In this document: piece by piece, positions 44,488 through 55,569 of the stretch
How positions within the stretch are numbered: position 1 is the first letter of the stretch
Layout of the letters: each line of letters begins with the position of its first letter
Source: an uncultured Bdellovibrionales bacterium
GTDB taxonomy: Bacteria > Bdellovibrionota_C > UBA2361 > JBGSMV01
Length of the DNA stretch: 64,000 nt
NCBI GenBank assembly: GCA_964631745.1
Contig: CAZVWV010000002.1
Coordinates: 999 to 64,998 of the forward strand
Reading direction: 5' to 3'
Position numbers and translations under genes: made by a program
Notes under the pieces: model-generated
Told to the model about the DNA's origin: nothing
What the model saw: the letters and a program-made list of their open reading frames with translations, nothing else
The model's database searches: none

Positions 44488-47400
44488 ATGCTGAAACGAT
44501 TCGCAAAGACACTCCCATTCTTGATTCTAATCACTGGCTCAGTGGTTTCTCTCGAGATCTATCGCCAACAGCTTCAAGATGTGGTTGATGATGTCAGTTA
44601 CAATTTAGAATTGGAGTCGCTCCAGACCGTAAAGGCCTTAGACGAGAAGCTTGGGGTGTACGAGGCGGCGCTGAGAGGCAGCGCGGGGTTCTATACGGCC
44701 TCCGGCGACGTAAGCTTAGCAAGTTGGCAAAGTTATGTGGGCTCCCTAGATATCTTTACACAGTATCCGGGTGTAATGGGGATGGGGATAGTAAAGCCAG
44801 TCAACGTACAGGACTTGGAGGCTTTCGTCGCAGCTCAGAGTCTCGCTAGCTCTCAAAGCTTCGCGATCAGAGACTTTCCGGCCCAAATACTGGGTGCACA
44901 TGCCGCTCCTGCTGAAGATTCCAAACTAAAATATATCGTAACTTATCTCTGGCCCGAGGATTTGAGTGCAAAGGTTGCCGGGCTTGATATAGGCAGCGAA
45001 CAACAGCGACGACTGGCTGCTGAATCGGCACGAGATACAGGTAAGGCTGTGATGACGCCCAAAATCCAGATCTGGCAGGGCGACAACTCGGCCGCTGGTT
45101 CGCTCTTACTGCTCCCTATTTACAAAACGCGACAGATGTTAGACAGCACCGAAGCTCGGCGGGCGGCCTTCGAAGCTTGGGCGTTGATGCCACTGACATA
45201 CAATGAATTCTTCAGGGATTTGCCGAGACTTCGAAAGTTTCACGCTCTTGATATTTTTCAAAACATCACGCCCGCTTCGGACTCATTGGTGTTCGCCGCT
45301 GAGCCAGTGAGGGCACCGGGAACGCAGGCCTATTCCAAAATCACACGAATCAATTTAGCGGGTGTTCCTTTTACCTTGGCCTGGCAAGATACTCTCCCAA
45401 AAGGCTCGGCCATGTCGCATGAGGCGCTTATACTGGCGCTTTCTTTGGCCACAACTTTCCTTTTCACTGGTCTAACCTATCTCTTATCAGCGCTTGAACG
45501 CCGTGCTCAAAAAATCGCCAGTGATCAGCTAACTTCCACCAGAGCAAAAGATTCCGAACTGAAAGCCGTTAATGACTCGGCCCCAGTTGGAATATTCAGA
45601 ACGGATACTAAGGGCGAGCTACTCTATGTTAATCGACGCTTCGAAGAGATCGCTCAAACGGAAGTAAACGCTTGTGTGGGGTTTGAATGGCTTGGACTTA
45701 TTAACGCAGAAGCACGAGAGCGCATACAATCAGAATGGCGCGCAAGTCTTCGGGCCAAGATCGCCTTTAGCACAGAGCTTCACTTTCGGGACAGAGACGG
45801 TCACTTACGACATGCAAGCCTAAAGGCGCAACCTGTTTACAACGGAACAGAGTATCTGGGCTATGCGGGGACTTTGGAAGACACGACTGAAAAAGTCTGG
45901 GGCGAAAAGCAAGCAGCGGTCCAGGTCGCCATCACCGATGCGCTGAGTCAGGCTTTCAGCCTTGATGAAGTCAGCTCGTTTATTTTGAAAGAACTGTGCG
46001 AGAAATTCGATTGGGATGCGGGAGCGATCTGGCTGGTGGATAAAAAATCGACCAAGCTTAGATGCATCGAGGTTTGGCACAATCCCGATAGAGCGCTCGG
46101 GGCCTTTGCTCAAAATTCTTTAAACCTACAAGTTAGTGAGGGCGAGGGACTACCCGGACAGGTATGGCAACGTGGCACAGTACTATGGCACTCCGATCTT
46201 AGCACTCAAACTAATCTCGCCAGGGTGGATGCCATTCGAGATAATAATCTTCGCACGCTCTTGGCGATGCCGATACTCTCAGGCGGGCACACACGCGGCG
46301 TGCTTGAGTTTTTCAAAGCTCAGTCGCTAAAACCAAATCGAGACCTAATTAGCTTTTTAAATACTCTAACAACGCAGATTAGTCAGCTGCTGGAGCGCAA
46401 GGAAGCAGAGGAACGCGTACGCGTTAGCGAAGAACGCTTGCAGGGCTTATTAGATAATTGTTCACAGTTCATTTTTATTAAAGACCTAAACGGGCGATAT
46501 CTAATCGCCAACAAGGCCTTTGAAAAAACATTACAGGTCGCTGCAGGGAGCCTCATTGGAAAGTCAGACTACGAAGTATTTCCAAAAGAGATTGTCGAAG
46601 CATTTCGAGCGAATGACGCCAAGGTGTTGGCCAAGAACCAAAGTCTAGAATTCGAGGAAGAGCTTCTTGTTGATGGCCAAGAAAAGACCTATCTCACCAC
46701 CAAGTTTCCTTTGCGCGATAGTGATACAGCACCCTATGCAATTTGCGGCATTGCTACCGACATAACGGATAGGAAGTCCGCCGAAGATGCCCTGCGGGTT
46801 GTACTTCAATCAGTAACGGCCAAGGCCGATGAAACCCTATTTTGCACTTTAGCCGAGCAGGTGGCTCGTTCCTTACAAGTCGAATACGTGAGCATCTCAA
46901 AGATACTCCCCGACAAACCGGGTTGGATTCAGAGCCTGACTTTTTATGCTAACGGGGCACTGCTGAGCAGCAGCGAACATCCCCTTGCCGGCACTCCCTG
47001 CGAAGACGTGATCGAGCGAGGTCCACTTCTTCACTCGCAGGATGTAGCAGACATGTATCCGGATTTTCCGTACCTTAAAGCCATGGGCGCGTATAGTTAC
47101 TTTGGGTCTGCTCTCTTAGACTCCGCCGGAAACATCATAGGGATTCTAGCGATCATACATACAGAAGCGTTGACGTTAGATAAGCACCGCGAGTCTCTAA
47201 TCCAGATCTTTGCGGCACGCGCCTCTGTTGAACTTGAGCGTCAGGGTTATCAGGAAGAGCTTATTCACGCTAAAAATATCGCCGAGAATATCGCCCGCCT
47301 CAAGTCTGAATTTCTGGCCAATATGAGTCACGAGATCCGCACTCCCATGAATGGCATAATCGGCATGACTAATCTTGCGCTTGAAACTGAGCTTGACCAG

Positions 47401-48450
47401 GAGCAAAAGGGATATTTGGAGGTCGTTAAAGATTCGGCTAATGCGCTTCTTACGATCATTAATGATATCTTAGACTTTTCCAAAATAGAAGCGGGCAAAT
47501 TCACGATCGAGGCCCATCCCTTTGAGTTGAGGAATTTTATCTCCAAAGAGCTGACCCTGCTTTCGGCAAGAGCGACGGAAAAGAAAGTTAAAGTGAGTTT
47601 CTCTATTCAAAATGAAATCCCCAAAACATTAGTGGGCGATCAAGTTAGAATTGGGCAACTGCTCATGAATCTTATCGGGAATGCGATCAAATTCACTTCC
47701 CCCTCCGGAGATGTGCATTTAAGAGTTGAAATAGACAGTTGGAATGCCTTGCGCGATCGTTGTTGGCTTCATTTTGTAGTGCGAGATACCGGCATTGGTA
47801 TCGAGACAGAGAAACTGGAACATATTTTTGAGGCCTTCTCGCAGGCCGACGCGTCGACTACCCGACAGTACGGGGGAACGGGGCTAGGGCTCTCCATTAG
47901 CAAGAAACTTGTGGAACTCATGAACGGCAGAATCTGGGCCGACAGCAAAGTCGGAGAAGGTTCGGAGTTTCACTTCTTAATTGAATTCGCCGTGGCCGCA
48001 GAGGGCGCTATAAAAAGTGCCGCGCCTGCTGCTAGGCACGTCATGGCTGCTCCACAGTACGGTCTATCGGTACTAGTGGTTGAAGATAACATAGTGAATC
48101 AGAAGCTAACCAAAAAGCTGTTGGAAAAGCGCGGCTGTTCGGTCATTATCGCGAACAATGGGAAGGAAGCGCTTGATTTAATCAAAGCTAAGCCAGATTC
48201 ATCATATGATCTGATTTTTATGGACTGCCAGATGCCGGTCATGGGCGGATTTGAAACCACCGAACATATTCGAAAATTACAGGGGCGTATTGGTGATATT
48301 CCGATCGTAGCCATGACTGCACATGCTATGACTGGAGACCGGGAGCGCTGCCTTAGCGCCGGCATGAACGATTATATTTCAAAGCCCCTGGAGGTTACCT
48401 GCCTAAACGAGATCTTGGAGCGATGGGGTACCTCGCATAAGAAGATCTAG
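44488..48450 (+). CDS. Hybrid sensor histidine kinase: TM, periplasmic CHASE, TM, PAS, GAF, PAS, GAF, HisKA, HATPase, REC
   Basis: 1320 aa. H-box [19 protein letters not shown]-boxes DTGIGI / GGTGLGLSI, and receiver D in [14 protein letters not shown]. Confidence 0.85.
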   Translation: MLKRFAKTLPFLILITGSVVSLEIYRQQLQDVVDDVSYNLELESLQTVKALDEKLGVYEAALRGSAGFYTASGDVSLASWQSYVGSLDIFTQYPGVMGMGIVKPVNVQDLEAFVAAQSLASSQSFAIRDFPAQILGAHAAPAEDSKLKYIVTYLWPEDLSAKVAGLDIGSEQQRRLAAESARDTGKAVMTPKIQIWQGDNSAAGSLLLLPIYKTRQMLDSTEARRAAFEAWALMPLTYNEFFRDLPRLRKFHALDIFQNITPASDSLVFAAEPVRAPGTQAYSKITRINLAGVPFTLAWQDTLPKGSAMSHEALILALSLATTFLFTGLTYLLSALERRAQKIASDQLTSTRAKDSELKAVNDSAPVGIFRTDTKGELLYVNRRFEEIAQTEVNACVGFEWLGLINAEARERIQSEWRASLRAKIAFSTELHFRDRDGHLRHASLKAQPVYNGTEYLGYAGTLEDTTEKVWGEKQAAVQVAITDALSQAFSLDEVSSFILKELCEKFDWDAGAIWLVDKKSTKLRCIEVWHNPDRALGAFAQNSLNLQVSEGEGLPGQVWQRGTVLWHSDLSTQTNLARVDAIRDNNLRTLLAMPILSGGHTRGVLEFFKAQSLKPNRDLISFLNTLTTQISQLLERKEAEERVRVSEERLQGLLDNCSQFIFIKDLNGRYLIANKAFEKTLQVAAGSLIGKSDYEVFPKEIVEAFRANDAKVLAKNQSLEFEEELLVDGQEKTYLTTKFPLRDSDTAPYAICGIATDITDRKSAEDALRVVLQSVTAKADETLFCTLAEQVARSLQVEYVSISKILPDKPGWIQSLTFYANGALLSSSEHPLAGTPCEDVIERGPLLHSQDVADMYPDFPYLKAMGAYSYFGSALLDSAGNIIGILAIIHTEALTLDKHRESLIQIFAARASVELERQGYQEELIHAKNIAENIARLKSEFLANMSHEIRTPMNGIIGMTNLALETELDQEQKGYLEVVKDSANALLTIINDILDFSKIEAGKFTIEAHPFELRNFISKELTLLSARATEKKVKVSFSIQNEIPKTLVGDQVRIGQLLMNLIGNAIKFTSPSGDVHLRVEIDSWNALRDRCWLHFVVRDTGIGIETEKLEHIFEAFSQADASTTRQYGGTGLGLSISKKLVELMNGRIWADSKVGEGSEFHFLIEFAVAAEGAIKSAAPAARHVMAAPQYGLSVLVVEDNIVNQKLTKKLLEKRGCSVIIANNGKEALDLIKAKPDSSYDLIFMDCQMPVMGGFETTEHIRKLQGRIGDIPIVAMTAHAMTGDRERCLSAGMNDYISKPLEVTCLNEILERWGTSHKKI

Positions 48451-49248
48451 CTGCTGCTTCAATGCGCTGGCCAAGGGGGACTCGATTCCCGCGATTTGAG
48501 CACGCTCAATAAAAGCGTCTAACATAAATGGAAGCTCAGTGCGTTTGCCATTTCTCAGATCGCATAAAGTTGAATTGAAATTCTCTCCGTGGTCCTTAAT
48601 AGACTGAAATATATAATCGTTAGACCAGCTATCCAGGTTAATTCCCTGGGCTCTAGCGACATTTCGGATCTCCTGCAATAGATGCAAAGCTCTCTGATGC
48701 ACTCCGGGGTCCTCTATCAAAATCTTGTTAGGAGCGTTTGCAAGTGTCGCCAAAGTGTTCACCAGCAAATTGACCATAAGCTTGCGCCATTCGCAATGCT
48801 TCACCGATTCGCAAAGTTCAACCAAGAAACCGTAACGTCCAAGTTCTTCGGCCCAGGTAGAAAGCTCCAACTGGAGATGGGCAGCGCCCGCCAGCAGAAC
48901 CCGAGCCTCACCGTGTTGCGAGACTCTTCCTTGTTTATCGAGGCTGACTCCGAAATTTAGGAGCAACCTGTAAAATTTGAGCGTTGGGCAGATTGACACA
49001 GCTCTGTCGTAAATTCCGAGCCCGTTCGAAATCAGAAACAAATCATGTGAGGGATTTAGATGATTTCGAATACCCTGCAGCACGGACTCTACGTCGTAGC
49101 CCTTTACGCATAACCAGATCGAACTATTGGCACCAACTTCTTTTAGAGTGCCACCCCGCACAAGTGTTTGAACCTCAAGATTTTGTGCTTGCAGAATTTG
49201 GGCAACAAATTTGCCGACCGGACCTGCACCAACCACCAAAGCATTCAT
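48403..49248 (-). CDS. panE: 2-dehydropantoate 2-reductase (ApbA/PanE family)
   Basis: MNALVVGAGPVGKFVAQIL Rossmann motif, ~281 aa, and the family's C-terminal domain. Confidence 0.7.
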   Translation of the reverse strand: MNALVVGAGPVGKFVAQILQAQNLEVQTLVRGGTLKEVGANSSIWLCVKGYDVESVLQGIRNHLNPSHDLFLISNGLGIYDRAVSICPTLKFYRLLLNFGVSLDKQGRVSQHGEARVLLAGAAHLQLELSTWAEELGRYGFLVELCESVKHCEWRKLMVNLLVNTLATLANAPNKILIEDPGVHQRALHLLQEIRNVARAQGINLDSWSNDYIFQSIKDHGENFNSTLCDLRNGKRTELPFMLDAFIERAQIAGIESPLASALKQQLDLLMRGTPSLQDLV

Positions 49249-50291
49249 TGCCCACCATGCATAATCTGTAAGGATTCCTGGAGGGCGGAAAGCTGCTCAG
49301 CCCAGTAACGATCTGAACCGAAATCAAGAAACATTCTTGGAAAGATCGGATCTTCCCAGCGCCTTGCAATCCAGGCGCTAAAGCGCAACATGCGGCTGGC
49401 TCTGAGCGGTTCGATGAGTCGCAAGGACTCTCTATCGAATCTACGAAGCTGCTCGTAACCGCTCAAAAACACTTCCCGCCTGCGGGCGGCATCCTCATCG
49501 CGCGAGGGCAAAATCAACCAGAGATCTTGCACAACCGGTCCGAGCAAACTGTCATCAAAATCCATTAAAGTGAGCTGATTATCGTTCCACAAAACGTTTC
49601 CCAGATGCAGGTCAGCATGCACGCGCTGCATTGTTAGGCCCTGCATCCAGGAATCCATAACGATTAGAATTTGCTCCATCACCTGTTTCAATGGCAAGCC
49701 GTAGCGCTCGCCTAAACACTTATGCGAGAGCAGATATTCCAAGTCCTGCCGCACGTCCATAACGGACAAAGACCTTCTAGCCTTAAATGAATTCGAGGCA
49801 CCACACATATGGAGCCTGGCAGCCGTGCGCCCCAGAATTTCGAGCTGTGTATCGGTTAGCTCATCTAAATGGCGCCCTCCAACTTTGGGCGAGACGTTAA
49901 AGTATATGCCGGATGGTTCACCAGACGATGATTCAATGACCTGTAATGTCTTACCTTCCTTATTGGCAAGCGGAACCACCACCGGCAGGTCTTTTTCAAA
50001 TAATTCACCCAAAAAAGCATGTTCTTCTAAAATTTGGGCTTGGCTCCAACGCCCAGGACGATAGAATTTGGCAACCTTAAACCTATCGTAACGCGAGCGC
50101 ACCTCTGCTTCTGGAATCTCTATCTCTACCTCGTAAACACGGTTTTCCAAGCTGTTTAACGCCAATACCCGACCGGTGCATCGAAAACCGTAGCTTTCAA
50201 CCGCCCGCAGCACTTTTTCAGGCGTTAAGTCGTAAAAAAACCTTGTTTCTCCCGGTATTTCGCTCATACGAGAATTCTTACACATTCTCAC
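49245..50291 (-). CDS. srkA: Stress-response serine/threonine kinase SrkA (YihE/RdoA; APH-like fold)
   Basis: NSLENRVYEVE...KFYRPGRWSQAQILEEHAFLGEL is co-linear with E. coli SrkA (NSYENRVYQFQ...KFYRPERWTADQILEEHQF). Catalytic HADLHLGNVLW and DFDD. Confidence 0.75.
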   Translation of the reverse strand: MRMCKNSRMSEIPGETRFFYDLTPEKVLRAVESYGFRCTGRVLALNSLENRVYEVEIEIPEAEVRSRYDRFKVAKFYRPGRWSQAQILEEHAFLGELFEKDLPVVVPLANKEGKTLQVIESSSGEPSGIYFNVSPKVGGRHLDELTDTQLEILGRTAARLHMCGASNSFKARRSLSVMDVRQDLEYLLSHKCLGERYGLPLKQVMEQILIVMDSWMQGLTMQRVHADLHLGNVLWNDNQLTLMDFDDSLLGPVVQDLWLILPSRDEDAARRREVFLSGYEQLRRFDRESLRLIEPLRASRMLRFSAWIARRWEDPIFPRMFLDFGSDRYWAEQLSALQESLQIMHGGQ

Positions 50292-50489
50292 CTATAAGCA
50301 ACACTGACTCGCATTGAACCTAGAAAGAGCAGTTGAATAATAACGGGGTTTCGTCGTCACAGCTCTGCGCTGCAATTTTACTCTTTTTCGCGAGATAAAG
50401 TTGTATTAGCGTGAGCGCGAGCTGATAGGGCATGAATATTTCATGCTCGATCGCCTCGCTTCAAAAGTTGAATGTTTATTGGAGATACA

Positions 50490-50843
50490 ATGAAAAAAAT
50501 CATCGCGGTAGCCTTGAGCGTATTAGCCTGTTCAAATATGGCGTTTGCTAACGACCCTCATGCTGGGAATATGGCCACCAAGGAATACTCTTTCAAGAAC
50601 CACTGTGTAATGGGAATCACGATGGGCAAGGAAGTTCCCTGCGATCCTTCATTTAGCGAAGCTACTACCTGGACCGATCCGGCCACTTCCATGCATTACT
50701 GTTTCAGTACACCTGAAATGAAAACTGCTTTTGCAACCTCTATTAAGGACAATCTATCCAAGGCTAACAATGAATGGGCTAAGATTCATACCCATGATAG
50801 CCATGCAGCTAACACCAACACGGGTCATAGCTCGACTCACTAA
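50490..50843 (+). CDS. Small secreted protein with a YHS-like putative metal-binding core and a His-rich tail
   Basis: Signal peptide MKKIIAVALSVLACSNMAFA. The C.MG...G.....DP......W.D..T...Y.FS.PE.K.AF pattern resembles the YHS domain. C-terminal HTHDSHAANTNTGHSSTH. RBS GGAGA 4 nt upstream of the ATG at 50490. Confidence 0.4.
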   Translation: MKKIIAVALSVLACSNMAFANDPHAGNMATKEYSFKNHCVMGITMGKEVPCDPSFSEATTWTDPATSMHYCFSTPEMKTAFATSIKDNLSKANNEWAKIHTHDSHAANTNTGHSSTH

Positions 50844-50878
50844 CAGGCTTCTGGACATATATCCTGAATACTAAGAAG

Positions 50879-51967
50879 ATGGGGCTCAACAGAGCCCCAT
50901 CTTTGTATGTGCGTATGCTGACAGCCGATCCAAATAATTTATATATTCACACATTAGATCCATTCGCCATACAACTCACAGAGAGCTTTGGTATTCGATG
51001 GTACGGCCTTGCATACCTGACAGGATTTCTCGCCACGTATTATCTTATTCAATGGTTCTCAAAAAAGGGCTTAAGTTCGCTGACAAACGAATTGGCGGGT
51101 GATTTCGTTTTCGCGGCAGCCATCGGAACTATAATAGGCGGCCGACTCGGTTACTGTTTGCTATATAGTCCCGATCTGTTTCTTAGTTTTACAAATACCC
51201 CGCCCTTCTGGGGCGTTTTTGCAATTAATCAGGGTGGCATGGCGAGCCACGGTGGCATTCTTGGGATTTTCATCACGTGTATATTGTTTGGAAGAAAACG
51301 TAATATTTCGGCGTTGCACCTGGCCGATTTATCGGCGCTCGGCGGAACCATCGGCATCTTCTTTGGTAGAATTGCGAATTTCATTAACGGTGAATTAGTT
51401 GGGCGCGCCTGTGTTTCGCTGCATGCTTGGTGCGTTAAGTTCCCGTCCGATATCCTGCTTTGGCCAGCGCAAGAGCCAAATCGCCTTGCTGGGCTGGCGC
51501 CCCTGGTCTTAGACCAGGGCCTTTCCAACACTAAATGGTCAGAGCTAATGGCGGCGCTGCCCGGGAGTTCCGGGGCCTGGGAGAAGGTTGAGTCGGCCTT
51601 GCAGCATATAATCTTGTCTATTCAGCACGGCAACGCCCAGCTAGTCGAAGCAATCGCTCCGTTGCTTACGGCGCGGCACCCCTCCCAATTATACGAAGCC
51701 ATGCTTGAAGGTTTGTTAATGTTCATCTTGCTAATGCCATTGATGCTTAGAAAAGCGCGTTACGGAATGGTTTGCGCGTGGTTTTTTATTTTTTATTCGC
51801 TAGTTCGAATCCTAGGCGAAGCATTTCGTATGCCCGACGCGCAACTCGGCTTCCAGCTCTGGGGACTCACGCGAGGACAGTGGTTAAGCTTCGGGCTATT
51901 GGGATTTGGAATAGTATTTTTGATATACGTACGCAACCAGCATTACGGCGAGGATACTCAATCCTAA
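50879..51967 (+). CDS. lgt: Prolipoprotein diacylglyceryl transferase
   Basis: The Lgt signature GRIANFINGELVGR (G.xxNF.N.E..G) and WYGLAYLTGF. 362 aa, with an insertion relative to the 291-aa E. coli enzyme. Confidence 0.8.
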   Translation: MGLNRAPSLYVRMLTADPNNLYIHTLDPFAIQLTESFGIRWYGLAYLTGFLATYYLIQWFSKKGLSSLTNELAGDFVFAAAIGTIIGGRLGYCLLYSPDLFLSFTNTPPFWGVFAINQGGMASHGGILGIFITCILFGRKRNISALHLADLSALGGTIGIFFGRIANFINGELVGRACVSLHAWCVKFPSDILLWPAQEPNRLAGLAPLVLDQGLSNTKWSELMAALPGSSGAWEKVESALQHIILSIQHGNAQLVEAIAPLLTARHPSQLYEAMLEGLLMFILLMPLMLRKARYGMVCAWFFIFYSLVRILGEAFRMPDAQLGFQLWGLTRGQWLSFGLLGFGIVFLIYVRNQHYGEDTQS

Positions 51968-53640
51968 CTGCAGTAAACAATTACCAATACCTGAACCACA
52001 ACTACTCGCAGCAACATAGTGAACGGATAAACGGTTGAGTACGCGATCGAAGGTTCGTCAGAGCCGGTAAGCGAGGTGGCAAATGCTAAGGCGGGCGGAT
52101 CGGTCATGCTGCCCGCTAACAATCCACAAAGATTGAGATAGTTCAATCTATATATCAACCGCCCAATAATCCCAACTATCAACAAAGGCACCAAAGTTAT
52201 CACGGCGCCACACAGCATCCAGTACAACCCCTGGCCATGTACCAAGACTTGGACGAATTGATCCCCGGCTTTAAGCCCTACGCAAGACAGGAACAGCACG
52301 ATGCCTAGTTCACGCATCATAAAGTTGGCGCTTGCCGGCATATGCCACACCAGCGGGCCAATATTTCCGATTCTGCTGAGCACGATGGCTGCAATTAATG
52401 GTCCGCCCGCCAACCCCAAGCGTACAGCCGATGGAATACCGGGAATGTGAATAGGGTATGTGCCAATAGCGACCCCCATAACAATTCCTAAAAAGATCGG
52501 GATTAACCTAGGATAATTTAGCTGTTTGAAAGAATTTCCAAGCTTGGCTGCCGCGGCTTTAATGCCGCCCTCTTCGCCCACCAGCCGTATAGTGTCACCG
52601 AATTGAAGTCTAACACCTGGGCTAAGCGGCAGCTGTACGTCCGCTCTACGGACACGCGTGGCGGTTACGCCGAAGGTCTCATTCAGGTCAAGCTCGTCGA
52701 TAGTCTTGGCCAACGGCCAACTCTCAGAGATCAAGACGTCCTTGTAAACCATGTCGCTCTCGACCTTGCGCAGATCAAACTCTGCGCGCGCGCCGATAAT
52801 TAGCAAGAGTTGATCTAACTTTTCTCTAGGTCCGACAGCTAAAATTATATCTCCAACGCCAAGCGTGTGGTCCGGTCGCGCCAACTCGGGGTCGCCCCCA
52901 GGGCGCATGATTCGAGAGATCACAACTCCAGACTCGCTCAGTGTAGGAACTTGATCTAAGCGCAATCCGGCCAGATTAGGGTTACGAACCTCAAGACTCT
53001 GGTGGGAAACATGCACCTGGGCGCGTTTATTCAAATTCTCTATTTCATCCACTTCAGATTTTAAATTGACTCTAAGAATCAAGCGCAAGAGAATCATAGC
53101 AATGATTATGCCGGCTACCCCGAAGGGATAGGCCACTGCGTAACCAAGACCTGGCAGCTTCATATCCGCCGAAGAGATTCCGGCTATGTCTTGAAGCGCC
53201 TGCTGCGCTGCCGCTAAACTCGGCGTGTTCGTCGTTGCTCCGGCCAACACGCCCACGGCCATCGGGAAACTGGAGACGCCCCCGGCGTTCAGAGCCAAGA
53301 GCACAGTCAACAGGGCCCCCAATAACACAGTGGCACTGGCGAGAATGTTTAAAGGCAACCCTTGGCGACGCAACGAACTAAAAAATCCCGGCCCGACCTG
53401 CATTCCAATCGTATAAACGAACAATATCAACCCAAATTCACGCGCGAATTCGAGCACTGCGGGATCAATATGGAAGCCGAAATGTCCAAAGGCGATACCG
53501 CTAAAGAGCACGCCAGCTATGCCAAGAGAAACGCCCCACACCCGAACAGAGCCTAAAGCTAAGCCTGCGGCCGCCACTAACCCGATCACTACGATCGCCT
53601 GGGACACTGTCTGCCCGCTTAATGCCTCTCCGAACCACAT
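51964..53640 (-). CDS. YidE/YbjL/AspT-family (AAE) duplicated transporter with two central TrkA-C (RCK_C) domains
   Basis: 558 aa. N- and C-terminal membrane repeats (FVYTIGMQVGPGFF / FLSCVGLKAGDQF) flank two soluble RCK_C-like segments. Confidence 0.75.
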   Translation of the reverse strand: MWFGEALSGQTVSQAIVVIGLVAAAGLALGSVRVWGVSLGIAGVLFSGIAFGHFGFHIDPAVLEFAREFGLILFVYTIGMQVGPGFFSSLRRQGLPLNILASATVLLGALLTVLLALNAGGVSSFPMAVGVLAGATTNTPSLAAAQQALQDIAGISSADMKLPGLGYAVAYPFGVAGIIIAMILLRLILRVNLKSEVDEIENLNKRAQVHVSHQSLEVRNPNLAGLRLDQVPTLSESGVVISRIMRPGGDPELARPDHTLGVGDIILAVGPREKLDQLLLIIGARAEFDLRKVESDMVYKDVLISESWPLAKTIDELDLNETFGVTATRVRRADVQLPLSPGVRLQFGDTIRLVGEEGGIKAAAAKLGNSFKQLNYPRLIPIFLGIVMGVAIGTYPIHIPGIPSAVRLGLAGGPLIAAIVLSRIGNIGPLVWHMPASANFMMRELGIVLFLSCVGLKAGDQFVQVLVHGQGLYWMLCGAVITLVPLLIVGIIGRLIYRLNYLNLCGLLAGSMTDPPALAFATSLTGSDEPSIAYSTVYPFTMLLRVVVVQVLVIVYCS

Positions 53641-53673
53641 TGTAGTAACCAGTAAACCTTTATGGAATAAAAC

Positions 53674-54459
53674 CTATTGCAGATCGTCTAGCGGATCCGC
53701 CAATGGATCTGCCGATTCCTGCGTCTTTTGCACAGACCTTCCTTTTACAAGGCCTTCACGATACTGAGTGTACGCTCCTTGCGTAAATAAATAGTAATCT
53801 ACGGCACTTTCTTTGGCCGCCTTAACGGTATCAAGCATATCGGCACGCTGATCAACTAAGTCAAGCGCCTTGGCTCCGATTGATACTCCCCAAGCCTGGT
53901 TATCAGTAAGATCAAAGATTGAGCCCACATAGTAAATCGGGCTCAGAGCCGCATCGGCCACACGACCAACGGCATCTCTGACGTTGCTTGGTCCCAGAAA
54001 TGGAATCACAATATAGGCTCCTGCCGGAACGCCGTTGCGCTGCAACATTAGGCCGAAATCTTGCTCGTCAATGGGCAATCCCATATCAGTTGCAACGTCG
54101 AACAATCCAGCTATGCCAACAGTGGAGTTGATTAAGAATCGTCCAGATTGCTTAAAGGCGTCACTAACCTCGCCTTGAAAGAGATTACTCACAAATACCG
54201 ATGGAAATCGCAGGTTATTAAAGAAATTGCCGATCGAATCCTGCACACGATCAGGCAGGACCTTATCGTATCCCCTGGCAACCGGCTCAAGCACATGCAC
54301 GTCTAAGCGATCGTTAAACCAAAAAATTCCGCGATTTACCGGTTCGATCGGGTCCGACACCTCAATTTTTTCATCGCTACTCTTGACACTGTCCTCAGCC
54401 AACAAAGTCAGCGGGGCCAAGGTTAAAAAGAGCAGTAATATTAAATGTTTTTTTCTCAT
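53674..54459 (-). CDS. mlaA: MlaA/VacJ-family outer-membrane lipoprotein
   Basis: DPIEPVNRGIFWFNDRLDVHVLEPVARGY...VSNLFQG matches the MlaA core (DP.E..NR..F.FND.LD...L.PVA.GY). Confidence 0.75.
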   Translation of the reverse strand: MRKKHLILLLFLTLAPLTLLAEDSVKSSDEKIEVSDPIEPVNRGIFWFNDRLDVHVLEPVARGYDKVLPDRVQDSIGNFFNNLRFPSVFVSNLFQGEVSDAFKQSGRFLINSTVGIAGLFDVATDMGLPIDEQDFGLMLQRNGVPAGAYIVIPFLGPSNVRDAVGRVADAALSPIYYVGSIFDLTDNQAWGVSIGAKALDLVDQRADMLDTVKAAKESAVDYYLFTQGAYTQYREGLVKGRSVQKTQESADPLADPLDDLQ

Positions 54460-54474
54460 ATGCGCCTAAAAGTG

Positions 54475-55428
54475 TTATCGATCGGCGATAGTCGGATCGC
54501 TTCCCACACGTATCTCACGGCCATCGTAAATACCATCGCGATCGCTATCCTGAATCGCTGGATTCGTCTTAAAAATAAATTCAAGATCATCGGACAACCC
54601 GTCTCCATCCGTATCTACGAACTTATCAGAACTGCCAAACTGGTTCTCGATACTATCGGGTAAATTGTCGCGGTCTTTGTCCACAAACTTAGAATTCTGA
54701 TCCAACGGATCGCTTCCTCCCAACACTTCCAAACCATCCGAGATCCCATCACCATCAGAATCGGCAAGATTTGCTGAAGTTCCAAGCTGTATTTCCTCAT
54801 TATTAGTTAGTCGATCAAGATCCTCATCGGACCCTCTAAAGCGATCGACTAATCGAGAAAGCCCGGCCAAGCTTGGCATGCTCAGTTGATCTGCGGGATC
54901 ACTGCCGTGATTGACCTCGTAACTATCGGTAAATCCATCGCCGTCGGTATCCTGCTCCTGAGACTTTTCTCCAGCTTTACCGAGCCAGTCACCGTTAGCC
55001 AGATCAGGCTGCGAACTTCCGGCCTTCTCGAGCTCCATGAGCGCGCTCTTTAGACCGAGAGACTTTTCTGCTGAGGCGCTCGGAAGTACGGCGGCACCAA
55101 CAGCTACCGTGGCCGTAGGAGAAGCACTAATACTCGCGGCTGGCGACGGACTGCCAACCACAACCGTCTGCGTTCCCGATATCGCGGTTCTGCTGGGCGT
55201 TGCGGTAAGAGAATCTGGGGTGGTGGTAATAGTCCCGGTGGCAGTAGGAGTGCCAGTCTCAACTACGGTAACCTGGTCGAGAAAAGAATAACTTTTTTGA
55301 CAGTAGTTTACCCCTGTCAGCGCAAGTCCTAAAAAAATGCAAGCTATGCCTGTGCAGAGCTGCGCAAATGCTGGTCTATCCGTCATAGTGAAAGATAATA
55401 TTGTAAACTGCGAGTTACCAAAACCCAT
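54475..55428 (-). CDS. Secreted or surface protein with a Thr/Ser/Ala-rich linker and multiple thrombospondin type-3 calcium-binding repeats
   Basis: DTDGDGFTDSYEV, DSDGDGISDGLEV, DTDGDGLSDDLEF and DSDRDGIYDGREI repeats. Confidence 0.6.
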   Translation of the reverse strand: MGFGNSQFTILSFTMTDRPAFAQLCTGIACIFLGLALTGVNYCQKSYSFLDQVTVVETGTPTATGTITTTPDSLTATPSRTAISGTQTVVVGSPSPAASISASPTATVAVGAAVLPSASAEKSLGLKSALMELEKAGSSQPDLANGDWLGKAGEKSQEQDTDGDGFTDSYEVNHGSDPADQLSMPSLAGLSRLVDRFRGSDEDLDRLTNNEEIQLGTSANLADSDGDGISDGLEVLGGSDPLDQNSKFVDKDRDNLPDSIENQFGSSDKFVDTDGDGLSDDLEFIFKTNPAIQDSDRDGIYDGREIRVGSDPTIADR

Positions 55429-55569
55429 GAACCTAGTGACAGCTACTTATTTCTTGGAGGCGTCTATTCAAGGAGCAAATTTGGCAGAAATTAAAACAAC
55501 GTTACCTATGTTGTTGAGGGTAAAAATCCAGTATACATAGATCACCCATCAAATTTTTTAGGAGTTTTT

